This document shows positions 21,545-32,164 of a stretch of DNA of 64,000 nt, one piece after another. Source of the stretch: Alphaproteobacteria bacterium. Its GTDB lineage: Bacteria > Pseudomonadota > Alphaproteobacteria > UBA828. The DNA lies in assembly GCA_965220745.1 (NCBI GenBank), contig CBDCQT010000011.1, positions 128,001 to 192,000 of the forward strand. The letters run 5' to 3'. The notes below the pieces were generated by a model. The model saw only the letters and a list, made by a program, of their open reading frames with translations. It was not told the DNA's origin and did not search any database. Each line of letters begins with the position of its first letter. The first letter of the stretch is position 1. The translations under genes were made by a program, and so were the position numbers.

Positions 21545-22633
21545 TCAGCCCGCGCCGCCCTGCCACAGATCCCAGGGCTTGGCTGCGTCGCTCCTGAACG
21601 GCAGCGCGACCTTGGCGCCGGTGCGGGCGGACTCGTAGGCAGCGAACAGCACCTCCTGCACGGCGCGCGCGTCCTCTCCGGTCACCAGCGGTTCCGTACC
21701 GTTCTGCACGCAATCCACGAAGTGGTCGAACTCGCCCCAGAAGCCGTAGTTCCACTCCTCCTCGTAGATGGTGAAGCTCCAGCCCTGGGTCGCGCCAGCC
21801 TTCTCCACCGCGTAGTCGTAACCGCCACTGCTGTAGGTCTCGATCGAGTTGCCGTGGAGCAGGTCGGCATAGGCAACACCCTCGGAGCCGTGCACTTCGG
21901 CCCGGTCGTCCATGCCGCCGGGCTTGGTCCAGCTGGTCTCGTTGAGGAAGAGGCAGCCGCCTTCGAACTCGAGGATCAGCAGCGCGTTGTCCTCGCCCCT
22001 GGTCTTGTCGCCGTGCACCTGGGTCGAGAGTTGGGCGTAGACCGAGACGATCGGCGCGCGATCCAGCATCCAGCGGGCGAAGGCGATGCCGTGGCAGCCC
22101 ATGTCCGCGAGTACGCCGCCACCGGCGCGATCGACATCCCAGAAGTGAGGCGCGTGGGGGCCGTCGTGCTTCTCCGACTGCTTGATGAGGGTGGGGCGGC
22201 CGAGCGCGCCTGCGTCGAGCAGCGACTTCAGGCGCATGTACTTGGGCGCAAAGCACAGCTCCTCGGCATACATGAAGAGCACGCCGGCTTCGGCACAGGC
22301 GGCGATCATGCTGTCAGCCTCGGCCATGCTCAGGCACATCGGCTTCTCCAGCACGACGTGCTTGCCGGCGGCGGCGCAGTCCAGCACGAGCGGGCAGTGG
22401 GTGTCGTTGGGAGTGCCGATCACCACCATGTCGATGTCGTCGCGCGCGAGCAGCGGGCGGTGATCGGTCCAGTGGTGGGGCAGGCCGTATATCTCGGCGA
22501 AGGCCTCGGCGTTGCCCGGCGTCGGCGACGCCACGCCGACGAGCTTCGCATGGGGGTTGCGCACCAGCGCACGGGCATGAATCCCGCTCACGAATTGCGA
22601 ACCCAAGAACCCGATGCCCACCGGTTTCGTCAT
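21545..22633 (-). CDS. Gfo/Idh/MocA family oxidoreductase
   Basis: GKHVVLEKP, GGGVLADMGCH. Confidence 0.9.
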   Translation of the reverse strand: MTKPVGIGFLGSQFVSGIHARALVRNPHAKLVGVASPTPGNAEAFAEIYGLPHHWTDHRPLLARDDIDMVVIGTPNDTHCPLVLDCAAAGKHVVLEKPMCLSMAEADSMIAACAEAGVLFMYAEELCFAPKYMRLKSLLDAGALGRPTLIKQSEKHDGPHAPHFWDVDRAGGGVLADMGCHGIAFARWMLDRAPIVSVYAQLSTQVHGDKTRGEDNALLILEFEGGCLFLNETSWTKPGGMDDRAEVHGSEGVAYADLLHGNSIETYSSGGYDYAVEKAGATQGWSFTIYEEEWNYGFWGEFDHFVDCVQNGTEPLVTGEDARAVQEVLFAAYESARTGAKVALPFRSDAAKPWDLWQGGAG

Positions 22634-22807
22634 CCACGGCCTCCCTGTTTCAGGGAATAGCGCGGGGCGTTGCAGCTCGGCGCCTCGAACGCGTCCTTAC
22701 TACAGGCGCCGGACGTACAACCGCAACCGGCAGCCACCGGGCATTAGACTTGAATAGGGCCGCACCGCGCCAAGCACTTAAAAAAAGGGTCTCAAGGCCC
22801 AGCGGCT

Positions 22808-22846
22808 GCGTTATGCTTGACGTAACGCGTATCTGCTTCTTACGTT
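22808..22846 (+). promoter_or_regulatory. higBA promoter with overlapping inverted-repeat operator
   Basis: GCGTTATG-N5-CGTAACGC (7/8 match) overlapping a -35-like TTGACG (22817-22822); -10-like TACGTT at 22841. Confidence 0.5.
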
Positions 22847-22875
22847 GGCGGTGGCCATTGACGTTCGGAAGCGCG

Positions 22876-23157
22876 TTGATCGTCGGTTTTGCGAACAGGA
22901 GAACGGAGGACTTCTATCGTGGCCGCAGGGTCGCAGCCTTCTCTGGATTCGCTCGCACCGCGTCGCGCAAGCTGGACCAGCTCGACGCGGCCACGGGCCT
23001 GCGTGACCTGATGCGTCCCGGCAACCGGCTTCAAGCGCTGAAGGGCCGCCGCAAGGGGCAGTGGAGTATCAGGATAAACGACCAGTGGCGTATCTGCTTC
23101 GAATGGCCGGAGGAGAGCCCTGGCCCGGCCAGGGTGGAAATCGTCGACTATCATTGA
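22876..23157 (+). CDS. higB: HigB-like (RelE/ParE superfamily) toxin
   Basis: TTG start; PGNRLQALKG.RKGQWSIRINDQWRICFEW...VEIVDYH. Confidence 0.9.
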   Translation: MIVGFANRRTEDFYRGRRVAAFSGFARTASRKLDQLDAATGLRDLMRPGNRLQALKGRRKGQWSIRINDQWRICFEWPEESPGPARVEIVDYH

Positions 23158-23171
23158 GAAGGGAGAATGAC

Positions 23172-23480
23172 ATGTCTCGCGACGCTATCCATCCGGGCGA
23201 GACGCTGCGTGAGGATCTCGACGCCCTCGGAATGAGCGCCGCGGAACTCGCGCGGCGGATCGACGTCCCGGTGAACCGCATCACCGAAATTCTCAATGGC
23301 CGCCGCTCCGTCACCAGCGATACGGCACTGCGGCTGGGGCATTTTTTCGGGACGTCAGGGGAATTCTGGCTCAACCTTCAGAAGCTCTACGAACTGAGGC
23401 GCGCCGAGCATAAGTCCGGCGCGGAAATAGCCCGCTTGCCTTCGTTGCATGACAGCGACCGGATGCGGGCTTCGGGCTGA
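23172..23480 (+). CDS. higA: HigA antitoxin (Xre HTH)
   Basis: IHPGETL, TALRLGHFFGTSGEFWLNLQ; downstream of the toxin. Confidence 0.92.
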   Translation: MSRDAIHPGETLREDLDALGMSAAELARRIDVPVNRITEILNGRRSVTSDTALRLGHFFGTSGEFWLNLQKLYELRRAEHKSGAEIARLPSLHDSDRMRASG

Positions 23481-23597
23481 CCCGCCACCGCACCACAACC
23501 GATCGTCCTCTCGGTATCGGCCGCATCGTCCTGCGGTGGCGCCCGTAAGTTCGCCGCAGCGCGCCACTCGGCGCCTGAGGGATAAAGACCAGACCGA

Positions 23598-23900
23598 TCA
23601 GAAGCCGTGCTTCGCGGCCTCCTCGGCGTACTTGCGCTTCTGTTCAGACGTCGCCTCGGTCTGGAAGTGCTCCTTCCACTCCGCGTAGGTCATGCCGTAG
23701 ACCAGCTGGCGCGCCTCCTCCAGGTCCATGTCGAGCCCCTTCTCCTCGGCGGCGGCGCGATACCACTTGGAGAGGCAGTTGCGGCAGAAGCCGGCGAGGT
23801 TCATCAGCTCGATGTTCTGCACGTCCGTGCGCTTGCGCAGATGCGCGACGAGGGTGCGGAAGGCGGCGGCCTCCAGCTCGATCTGGGTCTTATCGTCCAT
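23598..23900 (-). CDS. DUF1244 family protein
   Basis: ELEAAAFRTL...DVQNIELMNLAGFCRNCLSKWY...YGMTYAEWK. Confidence 0.88.
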   Translation of the reverse strand: MDDKTQIELEAAAFRTLVAHLRKRTDVQNIELMNLAGFCRNCLSKWYRAAAEEKGLDMDLEEARQLVYGMTYAEWKEHFQTEATSEQKRKYAEEAAKHGF

Positions 23901-24186
23901 CGTCCGCCTCCCCGGTGTCGACCCGCGTCTCACCATCGGCCGCTGCCAGCCGCGCTTCCAGTTGTGCGACGCGCTCGGCCAGCGCCTCGCTCTCGCTTCT
24001 TGCGCGTGCCGCCATCTCTTTGACCGCGTCGAACTCGTCCCGCGGGACCAGGTCCATCTGCGCCAGGATGCCTTCGAGGCGGCGCTTGACCATGGCGTCG
24101 AGCTCGCCCTTGAGGCCGCTGGCGGCCCCCATGGCCCCGGTGGCGACGCGGGCCACGTCGTCCAGAATGTGGCTGTCGGTCTGCAT
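23890..24186 (-). CDS. UbiK/BMFP family accessory factor
   Basis: ILDDVARVATGA, MDLVPRDEFDAVKEMA, C-terminal coiled coil. Confidence 0.85.
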   Translation of the reverse strand: MQTDSHILDDVARVATGAMGAASGLKGELDAMVKRRLEGILAQMDLVPRDEFDAVKEMAARARSESEALAERVAQLEARLAAADGETRVDTGEADDGR

Positions 24187-24341
24187 CGGCAGTCTCCCGT
24201 CTCGCCGTCAGTATGCCACGGAGGCGTGCGCTGCCTGTAGCGTGAGATGAGTCGGTCCATGGCGCTTTTCAAGCAGGATCAAACCGGCGACCATCGACGC
24301 ATGGCAGAACCCATGAGACGACAAAGGGGAGCGCGCCGCCC

Positions 24342-24965
24342 ATGACGGCGGTCGCAGGCGTGCTGCTCGCCGGGGGCCTCGCGCGGCGCATGGGGGGCGG
24401 CGACAAGTGCCTGCGGCCGCTCGCCGGCGAGACCCTGCTCGCGCGGGTGATCGCGCGCGCAGCCCCCCAGGTTGGCCCGCTGATCCTGAATGCCAACGGC
24501 GACCCCGCGCGGTTCGCGCCCTACGACCTGCCGGTGGTGGCCGATGTGGTGGAAGGTTACGCCGGGCCGCTCGCCGGCATCCTCACTGCGCTCGAGTGGG
24601 CGGCGGAGCACGCGCCCCACCACCCGCTGGTGGCAAGCTTCGCCACCGATGCGCCATTCCTGCCGCTGGATCTCGTCGAGACCATGGTGGAGGCCAGAGA
24701 CCTTGCGGGCGCCGACCTCGCCTGTGCCGCGTCGGATGGGCGGGCGCATCCGGTGTTCGGGCTCTGGCCGGTGGAGCTCCGCGCCGACCTGCGCGATGCC
24801 TTGGTGGAGCAGGGCGAGCGCAAGATCGACCGCTGGACGGCAAGCCACAGGCTGGTCGAAGTCGCCTTCCCCTGCGCTCCCGTGGACCCGTTCTTCAATG
24901 CCAACCGCGAGGACGACCTGGCGGGGGCCGAGCGCCTGATCGCAGAGCACGGTGACGCACTTTGA
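24342..24965 (+). CDS. mobA: molybdenum cofactor guanylyltransferase
   Basis: [33 protein letters not shown]. Confidence 0.92.
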   Translation: MTAVAGVLLAGGLARRMGGGDKCLRPLAGETLLARVIARAAPQVGPLILNANGDPARFAPYDLPVVADVVEGYAGPLAGILTALEWAAEHAPHHPLVASFATDAPFLPLDLVETMVEARDLAGADLACAASDGRAHPVFGLWPVELRADLRDALVEQGERKIDRWTASHRLVEVAFPCAPVDPFFNANREDDLAGAERLIAEHGDAL

Positions 24966-24989
24966 GCCCCACAGAGCGGCGCGACGCCG

Positions 24990-26252
24990 TCACTCCTCCG
25001 CGTGGGCGTAGGTGAGGTCGTGGGGCGGCCGGTCGCCGAGGGCGGGGTCGGTGCCCGCCGGCTGATAGGGTGCGTCCAGCGTGCCGATGTCGAGCGGCAC
25101 CGGCTGCTTGAGCAGGCTGCGTGCGATGACCAGCCGCTGGATCGAGGGCGTGCCCTCCTCCAGCATGTTGATGCGGCATTCGCGGTAGAGCCGTTCCAGC
25201 GGATAGGGATAGTCGGTGAAGTAGGCGCGCCCGCCGACCACGTCCATGGCCTTGTCGGTCACCCGCATCACGGTCTCGAGCCCGAACAGCTTGGCGATGG
25301 AGGCCTCCACCGCGCACGGCTGCTCGCGGTCGATCTTGGCGGCCACGTCCTCCAGGATGAGGCGGAGCGCGTAGACGTCGCGGGCCATGTCGGCGAGCTC
25401 GGACTGGACCGAGGGACGCGCGGCGATGGGCCTGCCGAAGGTGATGCGCTCGCCGGCGAAGTGAAGGGCTATCTCCAGCGCCCGCTCGGCAGTGCCGAGG
25501 GAACTCGCGGCAACAAAGACGCGGCTCGGCTCCAGCTCGCCGAGGAAGACGTCGAGGCCGTCGCCCTCGGCGCCCACCATGCTGTCTACCGGCACCGGCG
25601 TGTCTTTGAAGCGCAGGATGCCGTGGGGCGGGCCGTTGTTGCCCATCATGTCGGGCATGGGCTCGATGGTGAAGCCGGGCGCGCCGGTGGGCACCACCAG
25701 CGCCGTGAGCCCGCGGCGGTCGCCGCGTGCGCCGGTGCGGCAGCAGATCAGGTGGCCCGTGGCGAAGTCGGCATTGGTGATGTAGTGCTTCGCGCCGTTG
25801 ACGATCCAGTGGTCGCCCTCGCGTCGGGCCTGGGTGCCTACATCCATCCCGCTGCCTGAGTTGGGCTCGGTGATGGCGAAGGTGAGCGACTGCTCGCCGG
25901 TCGCCAGTGCCGGCAGCAGCGACCTCTTCTGTGTTTCGGTGCCGTAGGCGACGACCGCCCGCGCGCTCGTGTTGTGGACGTGCAGCAGCACCCGGACGAC
26001 GCCCGAGACCTTCGAGAACTCGGCGAGCAGCGGCAGGTATTGGGAACAGCTCAGCGCGATGCCGCCGTATTCCTCCGGGATCACCGCGCCGAAGAGGCCG
26101 TGATCGCGGAACTGCGGAAAGAGCGCATCCCGCGGGAACGTACCCGTGCGCTCCATCTCACTCGCCCGCGGCTCGACCTCCCGCCAGAGAAAATCGAACA
26201 CCCGCTTGCGGTAGGCCTCGTAGTCGCTCGCCGTCTCAACTCCGTTCACCAT
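24990..26252 (-). CDS. acyl-CoA dehydrogenase family protein
   Basis: [40 protein letters not shown]. Confidence 0.9.
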   Translation of the reverse strand: MVNGVETASDYEAYRKRVFDFLWREVEPRASEMERTGTFPRDALFPQFRDHGLFGAVIPEEYGGIALSCSQYLPLLAEFSKVSGVVRVLLHVHNTSARAVVAYGTETQKRSLLPALATGEQSLTFAITEPNSGSGMDVGTQARREGDHWIVNGAKHYITNADFATGHLICCRTGARGDRRGLTALVVPTGAPGFTIEPMPDMMGNNGPPHGILRFKDTPVPVDSMVGAEGDGLDVFLGELEPSRVFVAASSLGTAERALEIALHFAGERITFGRPIAARPSVQSELADMARDVYALRLILEDVAAKIDREQPCAVEASIAKLFGLETVMRVTDKAMDVVGGRAYFTDYPYPLERLYRECRINMLEEGTPSIQRLVIARSLLKQPVPLDIGTLDAPYQPAGTDPALGDRPPHDLTYAHAEE

Positions 26253-26335
26253 GCCGTGACTCCTGCCGCTTTTGTTTGCCGCGTCTCCGCGAGGTGCTAT
26301 CTAACACACAAGGACGAGACGGGTATGAGGGCGAG

Positions 26336-26809
26336 ATGACTGAAACGGCGATTTTCGGAGCGGGCTGCTTCTGGGGCGTCGAGGCCGCGTTTCGCCGGCT
26401 CGACGGCGTCATCGAGACTGCGGTCGGATATGCGGGCGGTCACACGACCGAACCGGGCTACTACGACGTGTGCAGTGGGCAGACCGGCCATGCGGAGGTG
26501 GTACGGGTCGTCTTCGATCCCGAGCGGGTGAGCTACGAGCGGCTGCTGGAGCTGTTCTGGCAGGTCCACGACCCGACCCAGGTCAACCGCCAAGGGCCGG
26601 ATGTCGGCACCCAATATCGCACTGTCATCTTCTACGGCTCGGAAGCCCAGAAGGAAGCGGCGGAAGCCGGCAAGAAGGCACTCGTGGAAGCAGGGCATCC
26701 CATCGCGACCCTGATCGAGCCGGCCGCGGAATTCTGGATGGCTGAGGACTACCACCAGCAGTACTTCGAAAAGAACCGGCGCATCCGCTCCGGCCTCTTC
26801 CGCATCTGA
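26336..26809 (+). CDS. msrA: peptide-methionine (S)-S-oxide reductase
   Basis: [37 protein letters not shown]. Confidence 0.95.
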   Translation: MTETAIFGAGCFWGVEAAFRRLDGVIETAVGYAGGHTTEPGYYDVCSGQTGHAEVVRVVFDPERVSYERLLELFWQVHDPTQVNRQGPDVGTQYRTVIFYGSEAQKEAAEAGKKALVEAGHPIATLIEPAAEFWMAEDYHQQYFEKNRRIRSGLFRI

Positions 26810-26858
26810 CTGGCCGCGCCTGCAGCGTCGCAAGAGTCAGGGCTGCGCCTCTCGAATC

Positions 26859-28208
26859 ATGGGAATCGCCGAGGCGGGTGACTCCGCCACCCTGCTGGAG
26901 GGACTGATTGCGCGCGCCCGGCGGCTCGGCGCCGACGCCGCCGACGCTGTAATGCTGCGCGGCAGCGCCCTCGACGTGAGCTGCCGCCTTGGCGAGCCGG
27001 AAGAGGTCGTCCGATCGGAGGTGCACAGCCTCGGCCTGCGCGTCTTCGTCGGCGAGCGCCAAGCCATCGTCTCCACCACGGACCTCTCGGAGAGCACGCT
27101 CAGGCCGCTCGCCGAGCGGGCGATTGCCATGGCGCGCTCGGTGCCAAAGGACCCTCACGCAGGCCTCGCCGATCCGGCCCTTCTCGCCCGGGACTGGCCG
27201 AAGCTCGACCTCGTCGATACCTCTGAGCCCGATGCCGAGAGCCTGATGGCCCGCGCGCTGGAGGCGGAGGACACCGCCCGCGCCGTCGCCGGAGTCACCA
27301 ACTCCGAAGGCGCCGGTGCCGGCTGGCGGCGGCGAGAGGTGACCCTGGTCACCAGCGACAGTTTCGCCGGCCAAACCGAGTCTGGCAGCCATTCGATCAG
27401 CGCGGCGGCCCTGGCCGGCGAAGGCACCGCGATGGAACGCGACTATTGGTGGTCGTCTGCGGTGTACGAGGCCGATCTGGATGCCGCCGCCGCAGTCGGC
27501 CGCCGTGCCGGCGAGCGCGCGGTGCGTCGCCTCGGCGCCCGCAAGGCCCAATCGGGCCAGGTGCCGGTGCTATATGATCCCCGTATCGCCGGCGGGCTGC
27601 TATCCCACCTCGCGGGCGCGATCTCCGGCCCGTCCATCGCGCGCGGAACGAGCTTTCTGAAGGATGCGCTGAAGACCCAGGTGTTCGCCGCCGGTATTAC
27701 CGTCGTGGATAACCCGCACCGGGTGCGGGGGCTGCGCTCGCGCCCGTTCGACGGCGAGGGCGTCGCCACGGAGCGGCGTGCGATCATCGCCGACGGTGTG
27801 CTGCAAACTTGGCTGCTCGACAGTCGCTCGGCCCGCCAGCTCGGGCTCGCCAGCACCGGCCATGCGACGCGCGGAACCGGCGGTCCCCCCTCGCCCGCCT
27901 GTTCCAACCTTTGGCTGGAACCGGGCGCGGACAGCGCCGAGGCGCTCATCGGCGGCGTGGCGAGTGGTCTCTATGTCACCGAGCTGATCGGCATGGGCGT
28001 GAACCAGGTGACCGGCGACTACAGTCGGGGCGCTGCCGGGTTCTGGATCGAGCAGGGCGAAATCGCCTATCCGGTGAGCGAGGTCACCGTCGCCGGCAAT
28101 CTCAGGGAGATGTTCCGCCACCTCACGCCAGCCAGCGATCTTGAGTTCCGGTATGGAGTCGATAGCCCGACCATGCGCATCGACGGCATGACGGTGGCGG
28201 GCCGCTAA
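26859..28208 (+). CDS. pmbA: TldD/PmbA family protein (PmbA/TldE)
   Basis: SRPFDGEG, VTGDYSRGAAGFWI, EVTVAGNL. Confidence 0.9.
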   Translation: MGIAEAGDSATLLEGLIARARRLGADAADAVMLRGSALDVSCRLGEPEEVVRSEVHSLGLRVFVGERQAIVSTTDLSESTLRPLAERAIAMARSVPKDPHAGLADPALLARDWPKLDLVDTSEPDAESLMARALEAEDTARAVAGVTNSEGAGAGWRRREVTLVTSDSFAGQTESGSHSISAAALAGEGTAMERDYWWSSAVYEADLDAAAAVGRRAGERAVRRLGARKAQSGQVPVLYDPRIAGGLLSHLAGAISGPSIARGTSFLKDALKTQVFAAGITVVDNPHRVRGLRSRPFDGEGVATERRAIIADGVLQTWLLDSRSARQLGLASTGHATRGTGGPPSPACSNLWLEPGADSAEALIGGVASGLYVTELIGMGVNQVTGDYSRGAAGFWIEQGEIAYPVSEVTVAGNLREMFRHLTPASDLEFRYGVDSPTMRIDGMTVAGR

Positions 28209-28320
28209 GCGCCGACGACGCCGATTTACGGGGTATGCTACGGTTGGAGCCCATGCCCCGGCCGTGCTATGGGGCTGATTTCAAACGTTTAGGCGTTGGC
28301 GCCTGAACTGGGCGAAAGCC

Positions 28321-30099
28321 GTGGAGCGATCCGAACCGCCCCCTCGACCAGGTTCGACGAGGCACTTGCTGGTCCGCCTCGTGCGCGACCACGTGCGGCC
28401 CCATGTGGGCCGGCTCGCGCTCGCCGTACTCTGCATGGCCTTTGCCGCCAGCTCCACCGCGGCTTTGGCCTATCTCATGGAGCCGGTTCTGGACCAGATC
28501 TTCCTGGAGAAGGACCGCACGCTCCTCATTGTGGTGCCCATCGCGGTGATCGGGATCACGCTGATCCGGGGCGCCGCCACCTACGGGCAGGCGGTGCTGA
28601 TGGCCTTCGTCGGGCAGCGCGTCATCGCCGACCTGCAGAGCCGCATATTCGCCCACATCCTGCGATTCGACCTCGCGTTCTTCCAGGACACGGCGTCCGG
28701 CCGGCTGGTCTCTCGGCTCACCAACGACGTCAACATGATGCGCAACGCGGTCTCCAACGCGCTCACCGGCGTGGTCAAGGATACTCTGACCCTGCTGTTC
28801 CTTGTCGGCGTGATGTTCGAGAAGGACTGGAAGCTCGCCTTGATTGCCTGCGTCGTCTTTCCCATTGCGATCTACCCGATCACGAAGATCGGCCGGCGCA
28901 TGCGCCGGGTCTCGACGTCGGCGCTCACGGAGCTGGGTCTCTTCACCGCGCGGCTCAACGAGACGTTTCAGGGCGCACGCCACGTCAAGGCGTACAACCG
29001 GGAAGGCTTCGAATCCGCGCGCACCGACCGCCTGATCGAGAGCGTCTTCCGCCTGATCTTCAAGCAGCAGCGCGTCCGTGCCGCCGCGACGCCGATCATG
29101 GAAACGCTCGGCGGCATCTTCATCGCCGTGCTGATTCTCTATGGCGGCTGGCAGGTGATCGAAGGTGCGCTCACTCCGGGCGCCTTCTTCGCCTTCGTGA
29201 CCGCCATGCTGCTCGCCTATCGTCCGCTCAAGGCGCTCGCCAACCTCAACGCCAGCCTGCAGGAGGGCCTCGCCGCGAGCCAGCGCGTGTTCGATTTGCT
29301 GGACACCGAGCCCCGCATCGCCGAGGCCCCGGATGCACGCCCGCTCAAGGTCAGGGGCGGCGCCGTCGCGCTCGATCGGGTCAGCTTCTCCTATCCGAAT
29401 GGCGCGCCGGCGCTTCTCGATGTGACCCTGAATATCCCGGCGGGCGAGACGGTCGCCCTGGTTGGGCCCTCCGGCGCCGGCAAATCCACGGTGCTCAACC
29501 TGATCCCCCGGCTTTACGACGTGGACGAAGGAGCGGTCAGCATCGACGGGACCGATGTTCGCGAGGCGACAATCGAAAGCGTGCGCGACGCTGTGGCGCT
29601 GGTGAGTCAGGAGGCGGTGCTGTTCGACGAAAGCGCCCGCGCCAACATCGCTTACGGGCGGATTGGTGCGAGCGACGATGATATCGTGGCCGCAGCACAA
29701 GCGGCCGGTGCCCATCGCTTCATCGAAGAGTTGCCCAACGGTTACGACACGATCATCGGCGAGCACGGGGTCAAGCTCTCCGGCGGCCAGCGACAGCGGC
29801 TCTCGATTGCCCGCGCCATGCTCAAGGATGCCCCCATTCTGCTGCTTGACGAGGCGACGAGCGCGCTCGACGCCGAATCCGAGCGGCAGGTGCAGGACGC
29901 ATTGCGGAGCCTGATGCGGGGCCGCACGACCCTGATCATCGCCCACCGCCTCTCCACGGTCCGGGAGGCTAACCGGATCTATGTGCTAGAAAACGGCAGG
30001 CTCGCGGAAACGGGCACGCACCGATCGTTGTTGGCGGCGAACGGCGTGTACGCGCGGCTGCACGCCGTGCAGTTTTCCGCGAGCATGGCCGCCGAATAG
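28321..30099 (+). CDS. msbA: lipid A export ABC transporter (MsbA-like)
   Basis: TM domain plus [28 protein letters not shown]; heads the lipid A gene run. Confidence 0.82.
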   Translation: MERSEPPPRPGSTRHLLVRLVRDHVRPHVGRLALAVLCMAFAASSTAALAYLMEPVLDQIFLEKDRTLLIVVPIAVIGITLIRGAATYGQAVLMAFVGQRVIADLQSRIFAHILRFDLAFFQDTASGRLVSRLTNDVNMMRNAVSNALTGVVKDTLTLLFLVGVMFEKDWKLALIACVVFPIAIYPITKIGRRMRRVSTSALTELGLFTARLNETFQGARHVKAYNREGFESARTDRLIESVFRLIFKQQRVRAAATPIMETLGGIFIAVLILYGGWQVIEGALTPGAFFAFVTAMLLAYRPLKALANLNASLQEGLAASQRVFDLLDTEPRIAEAPDARPLKVRGGAVALDRVSFSYPNGAPALLDVTLNIPAGETVALVGPSGAGKSTVLNLIPRLYDVDEGAVSIDGTDVREATIESVRDAVALVSQEAVLFDESARANIAYGRIGASDDDIVAAAQAAGAHRFIEELPNGYDTIIGEHGVKLSGGQRQRLSIARAMLKDAPILLLDEATSALDAESERQVQDALRSLMRGRTTLIIAHRLSTVREANRIYVLENGRLAETGTHRSLLAANGVYARLHAVQFSASMAAE

Positions 30100-30101
30100 G
30101 C

Positions 30102-30854
30102 ATGGGGCTCGGCAAGCGCGTCGCGCGGAGCCGGATCGGGCGTGCCGCGCTCATTTGGCTCTACGCGCGCTTCGCGAGCCTCGTCTTTGCCACGACCCGC
30201 TGGCGGATTCACGGCCGCGACGACGCCGAAGCGCTGATACGCGCAGGTCAACCGTTCATCTGTGCCTTCTGGCACGGCCGGCTGATGCTGGCGCCCCACG
30301 GCTGGCCGAAGGGCACGCCGATTCACGTCATGATTTCCCGCCACCGAGACGGCGAGAACATCGTGCGTGCAACGCGGCATCTAGGCGTGGTGCCGATCCG
30401 CGGTTCGCGCACGCGAGGTGGCATAGCGGCGGGCCGCGCCTCGCTCCGCGTGCTGAAGGAGGGCGGCTACGTTGCCATCAGCCCGGACGGGCCGCGCGGC
30501 CCCCGGATGCGCGTTCAGCCTGGTATTATCGCGTTGGCGCGCCTCTCCGGCGCGCCGATCGTGCCGATCACGTTTGGGGTTTCTCGCCGCGCAGTCGCGA
30601 ACAGCTGGGATCGCTTCGTGATCGCGCTGCCCTTCAGCCGCGGCGTCTACGTGTGGGGGCCGCCTGTCCACGTCGCTGCGGATGCCGACGAATCTGCGAG
30701 GGAGCGCGCGCGCATAATCTTGGAGGAGCGCCTCAACGCGCTGACTGTCGAAGCCGACCGCATGGTGGGCGTGGAGCCGATCGAGCCGGCCGGTGAGGTC
30801 GCGCGAACGTGCGAACGCCGCGCCGGTGCGGCGCCGGCCGCGGCGCGCCAATGA
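30102..30854 (+). CDS. lpxJ: DUF374 lipid A late acyltransferase (LpxJ-like)
   Basis: FWHGR, MISRHRDGE, RGS, SPDGPRGP, SWDRF; lies between msbA and waaA. Confidence 0.75.
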   Translation: MGLGKRVARSRIGRAALIWLYARFASLVFATTRWRIHGRDDAEALIRAGQPFICAFWHGRLMLAPHGWPKGTPIHVMISRHRDGENIVRATRHLGVVPIRGSRTRGGIAAGRASLRVLKEGGYVAISPDGPRGPRMRVQPGIIALARLSGAPIVPITFGVSRRAVANSWDRFVIALPFSRGVYVWGPPVHVAADADESARERARIILEERLNALTVEADRMVGVEPIEPAGEVARTCERRAGAAPAAARQ

Positions 30855-32164
30855 TCGAGGCCCTGGTCACGCCGCGCAGTTATCGCTGTGCCAGCGTGCT
30901 TGCCACGCCGGTCGTCCACGCCTGGCTTGCCCATCGGCGGCGCCAAGGTAAGGAGGACCATGCCCGCTTCGGTGAGCGGCTCGGCCGGCCCGGCCTACCG
31001 AGGCCCGAGGGGCGGCTACTCTGGATGCACGCAGTAAGCGTCGGCGAGAGCCTGTCTCTGCTGCCGCTGGTCGACCACGTGCACGAGGCGCTTCCTGACG
31101 TTCACGTCCTGATCACTTCCGGCACCGTCACCTCGGAGCGGCTGCTGCGCGAGCGCATTCCAGACGGCGTGTGTCACCAATTTGTGCCGGTAGACCGGCC
31201 GGGAGCGGTCCGACGCTTCATCCAGCACTGGCGACCGGAGCTGGCAGTCTGGGTGGAATCCGAGCTTTGGCCCAACCTCATCCTGGAGACCGCCGGGCGC
31301 GACATCCCCATGCTACTCGTCAACGCACGCATGTCCGCTCGTTCTGCCGAGCGTTGGCGGCGGGCGCCGCACTTATGCCAACCCCTGCTCGAGGCTTTCG
31401 CCGGCGTCATGGCGCAGACGGAGACGGATGCGGTGCGCTTTCGCGCGCTCGGTGCGCGAAACGTCGAGGTTCGCGGAAACCTCAAGCACGACGCGCCGCC
31501 GCTGCCGGCGGATGCGCAGGACGTGGCGGCCCTCACACGAGCCATCGGCGGCCGGCCCTGCTGGGCGGCAACGAGCACCCACGAGGGCGAGGAGGAAGCC
31601 GTCGGCGAGGCGGTCTGCGCCTTGCGTCGAACCTTCCCTGATCTGCTCACGATCCTTGCGCCGCGTCACCCGGAGCGAGGCACATCCGTTACTGAGATGC
31701 TGGAGCGCCGCGGCCTCGTCACCGCCCGGCGCTCGGCGAGCAGCGCGATTACGCCAGCGACCGCAGTCTATCTTGTTGATACGCTGGGCGAACTCGGCTT
31801 GGTCTACCGTCTCGCCGGCATCGCCTTCGTGGGTGGCTCGCTGGCGCCCCATGGCGGGCACAACCCGCTAGAGCCGGCACGGCTCGATTGCGCACTCATT
31901 GCGGGCCCGTACACGGAGAATTTTGCCGAGGCATATGCCGCGCTGGAGGATGCCGGTGCACTCGACCGAGTGGGCGACGCGGATGCGCTCGCGGGCGCAG
32001 TGTGCGCCCTGCTCGAAGACGAGAGCGCGCAGTCCATGCGCGCGACCGCCGCGCGCGAGGCCGCGGCTTCGCTTGGCGGTGCGGCCGAGGCGGCGCTCGG
32101 CCTGATCCGCGATCACCTCGAACCCAGCGGCGACGATGCGCGCGCCAGCGTTCTGGGCGGCTGA
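30851..32164 (+). CDS. waaA: 3-deoxy-D-manno-octulosonic acid transferase
   Basis: WMHAVSVGE, ESELWPN, APRHPER, GGHNPLEPA. Confidence 0.95.
   Translation: MIEALVTPRSYRCASVLATPVVHAWLAHRRRQGKEDHARFGERLGRPGLPRPEGRLLWMHAVSVGESLSLLPLVDHVHEALPDVHVLITSGTVTSERLLRERIPDGVCHQFVPVDRPGAVRRFIQHWRPELAVWVESELWPNLILETAGRDIPMLLVNARMSARSAERWRRAPHLCQPLLEAFAGVMAQTETDAVRFRALGARNVEVRGNLKHDAPPLPADAQDVAALTRAIGGRPCWAATSTHEGEEEAVGEAVCALRRTFPDLLTILAPRHPERGTSVTEMLERRGLVTARRSASSAITPATAVYLVDTLGELGLVYRLAGIAFVGGSLAPHGGHNPLEPARLDCALIAGPYTENFAEAYAALEDAGALDRVGDADALAGAVCALLEDESAQSMRATAAREAAASLGGAAEAALGLIRDHLEPSGDDARASVLGG

Noticed and set aside
30102-30854. DUF374 gene in the lipid A operon as an unknown function
   Set aside because: The family is already characterised as the LpxJ late acyltransferase, so its position is expected
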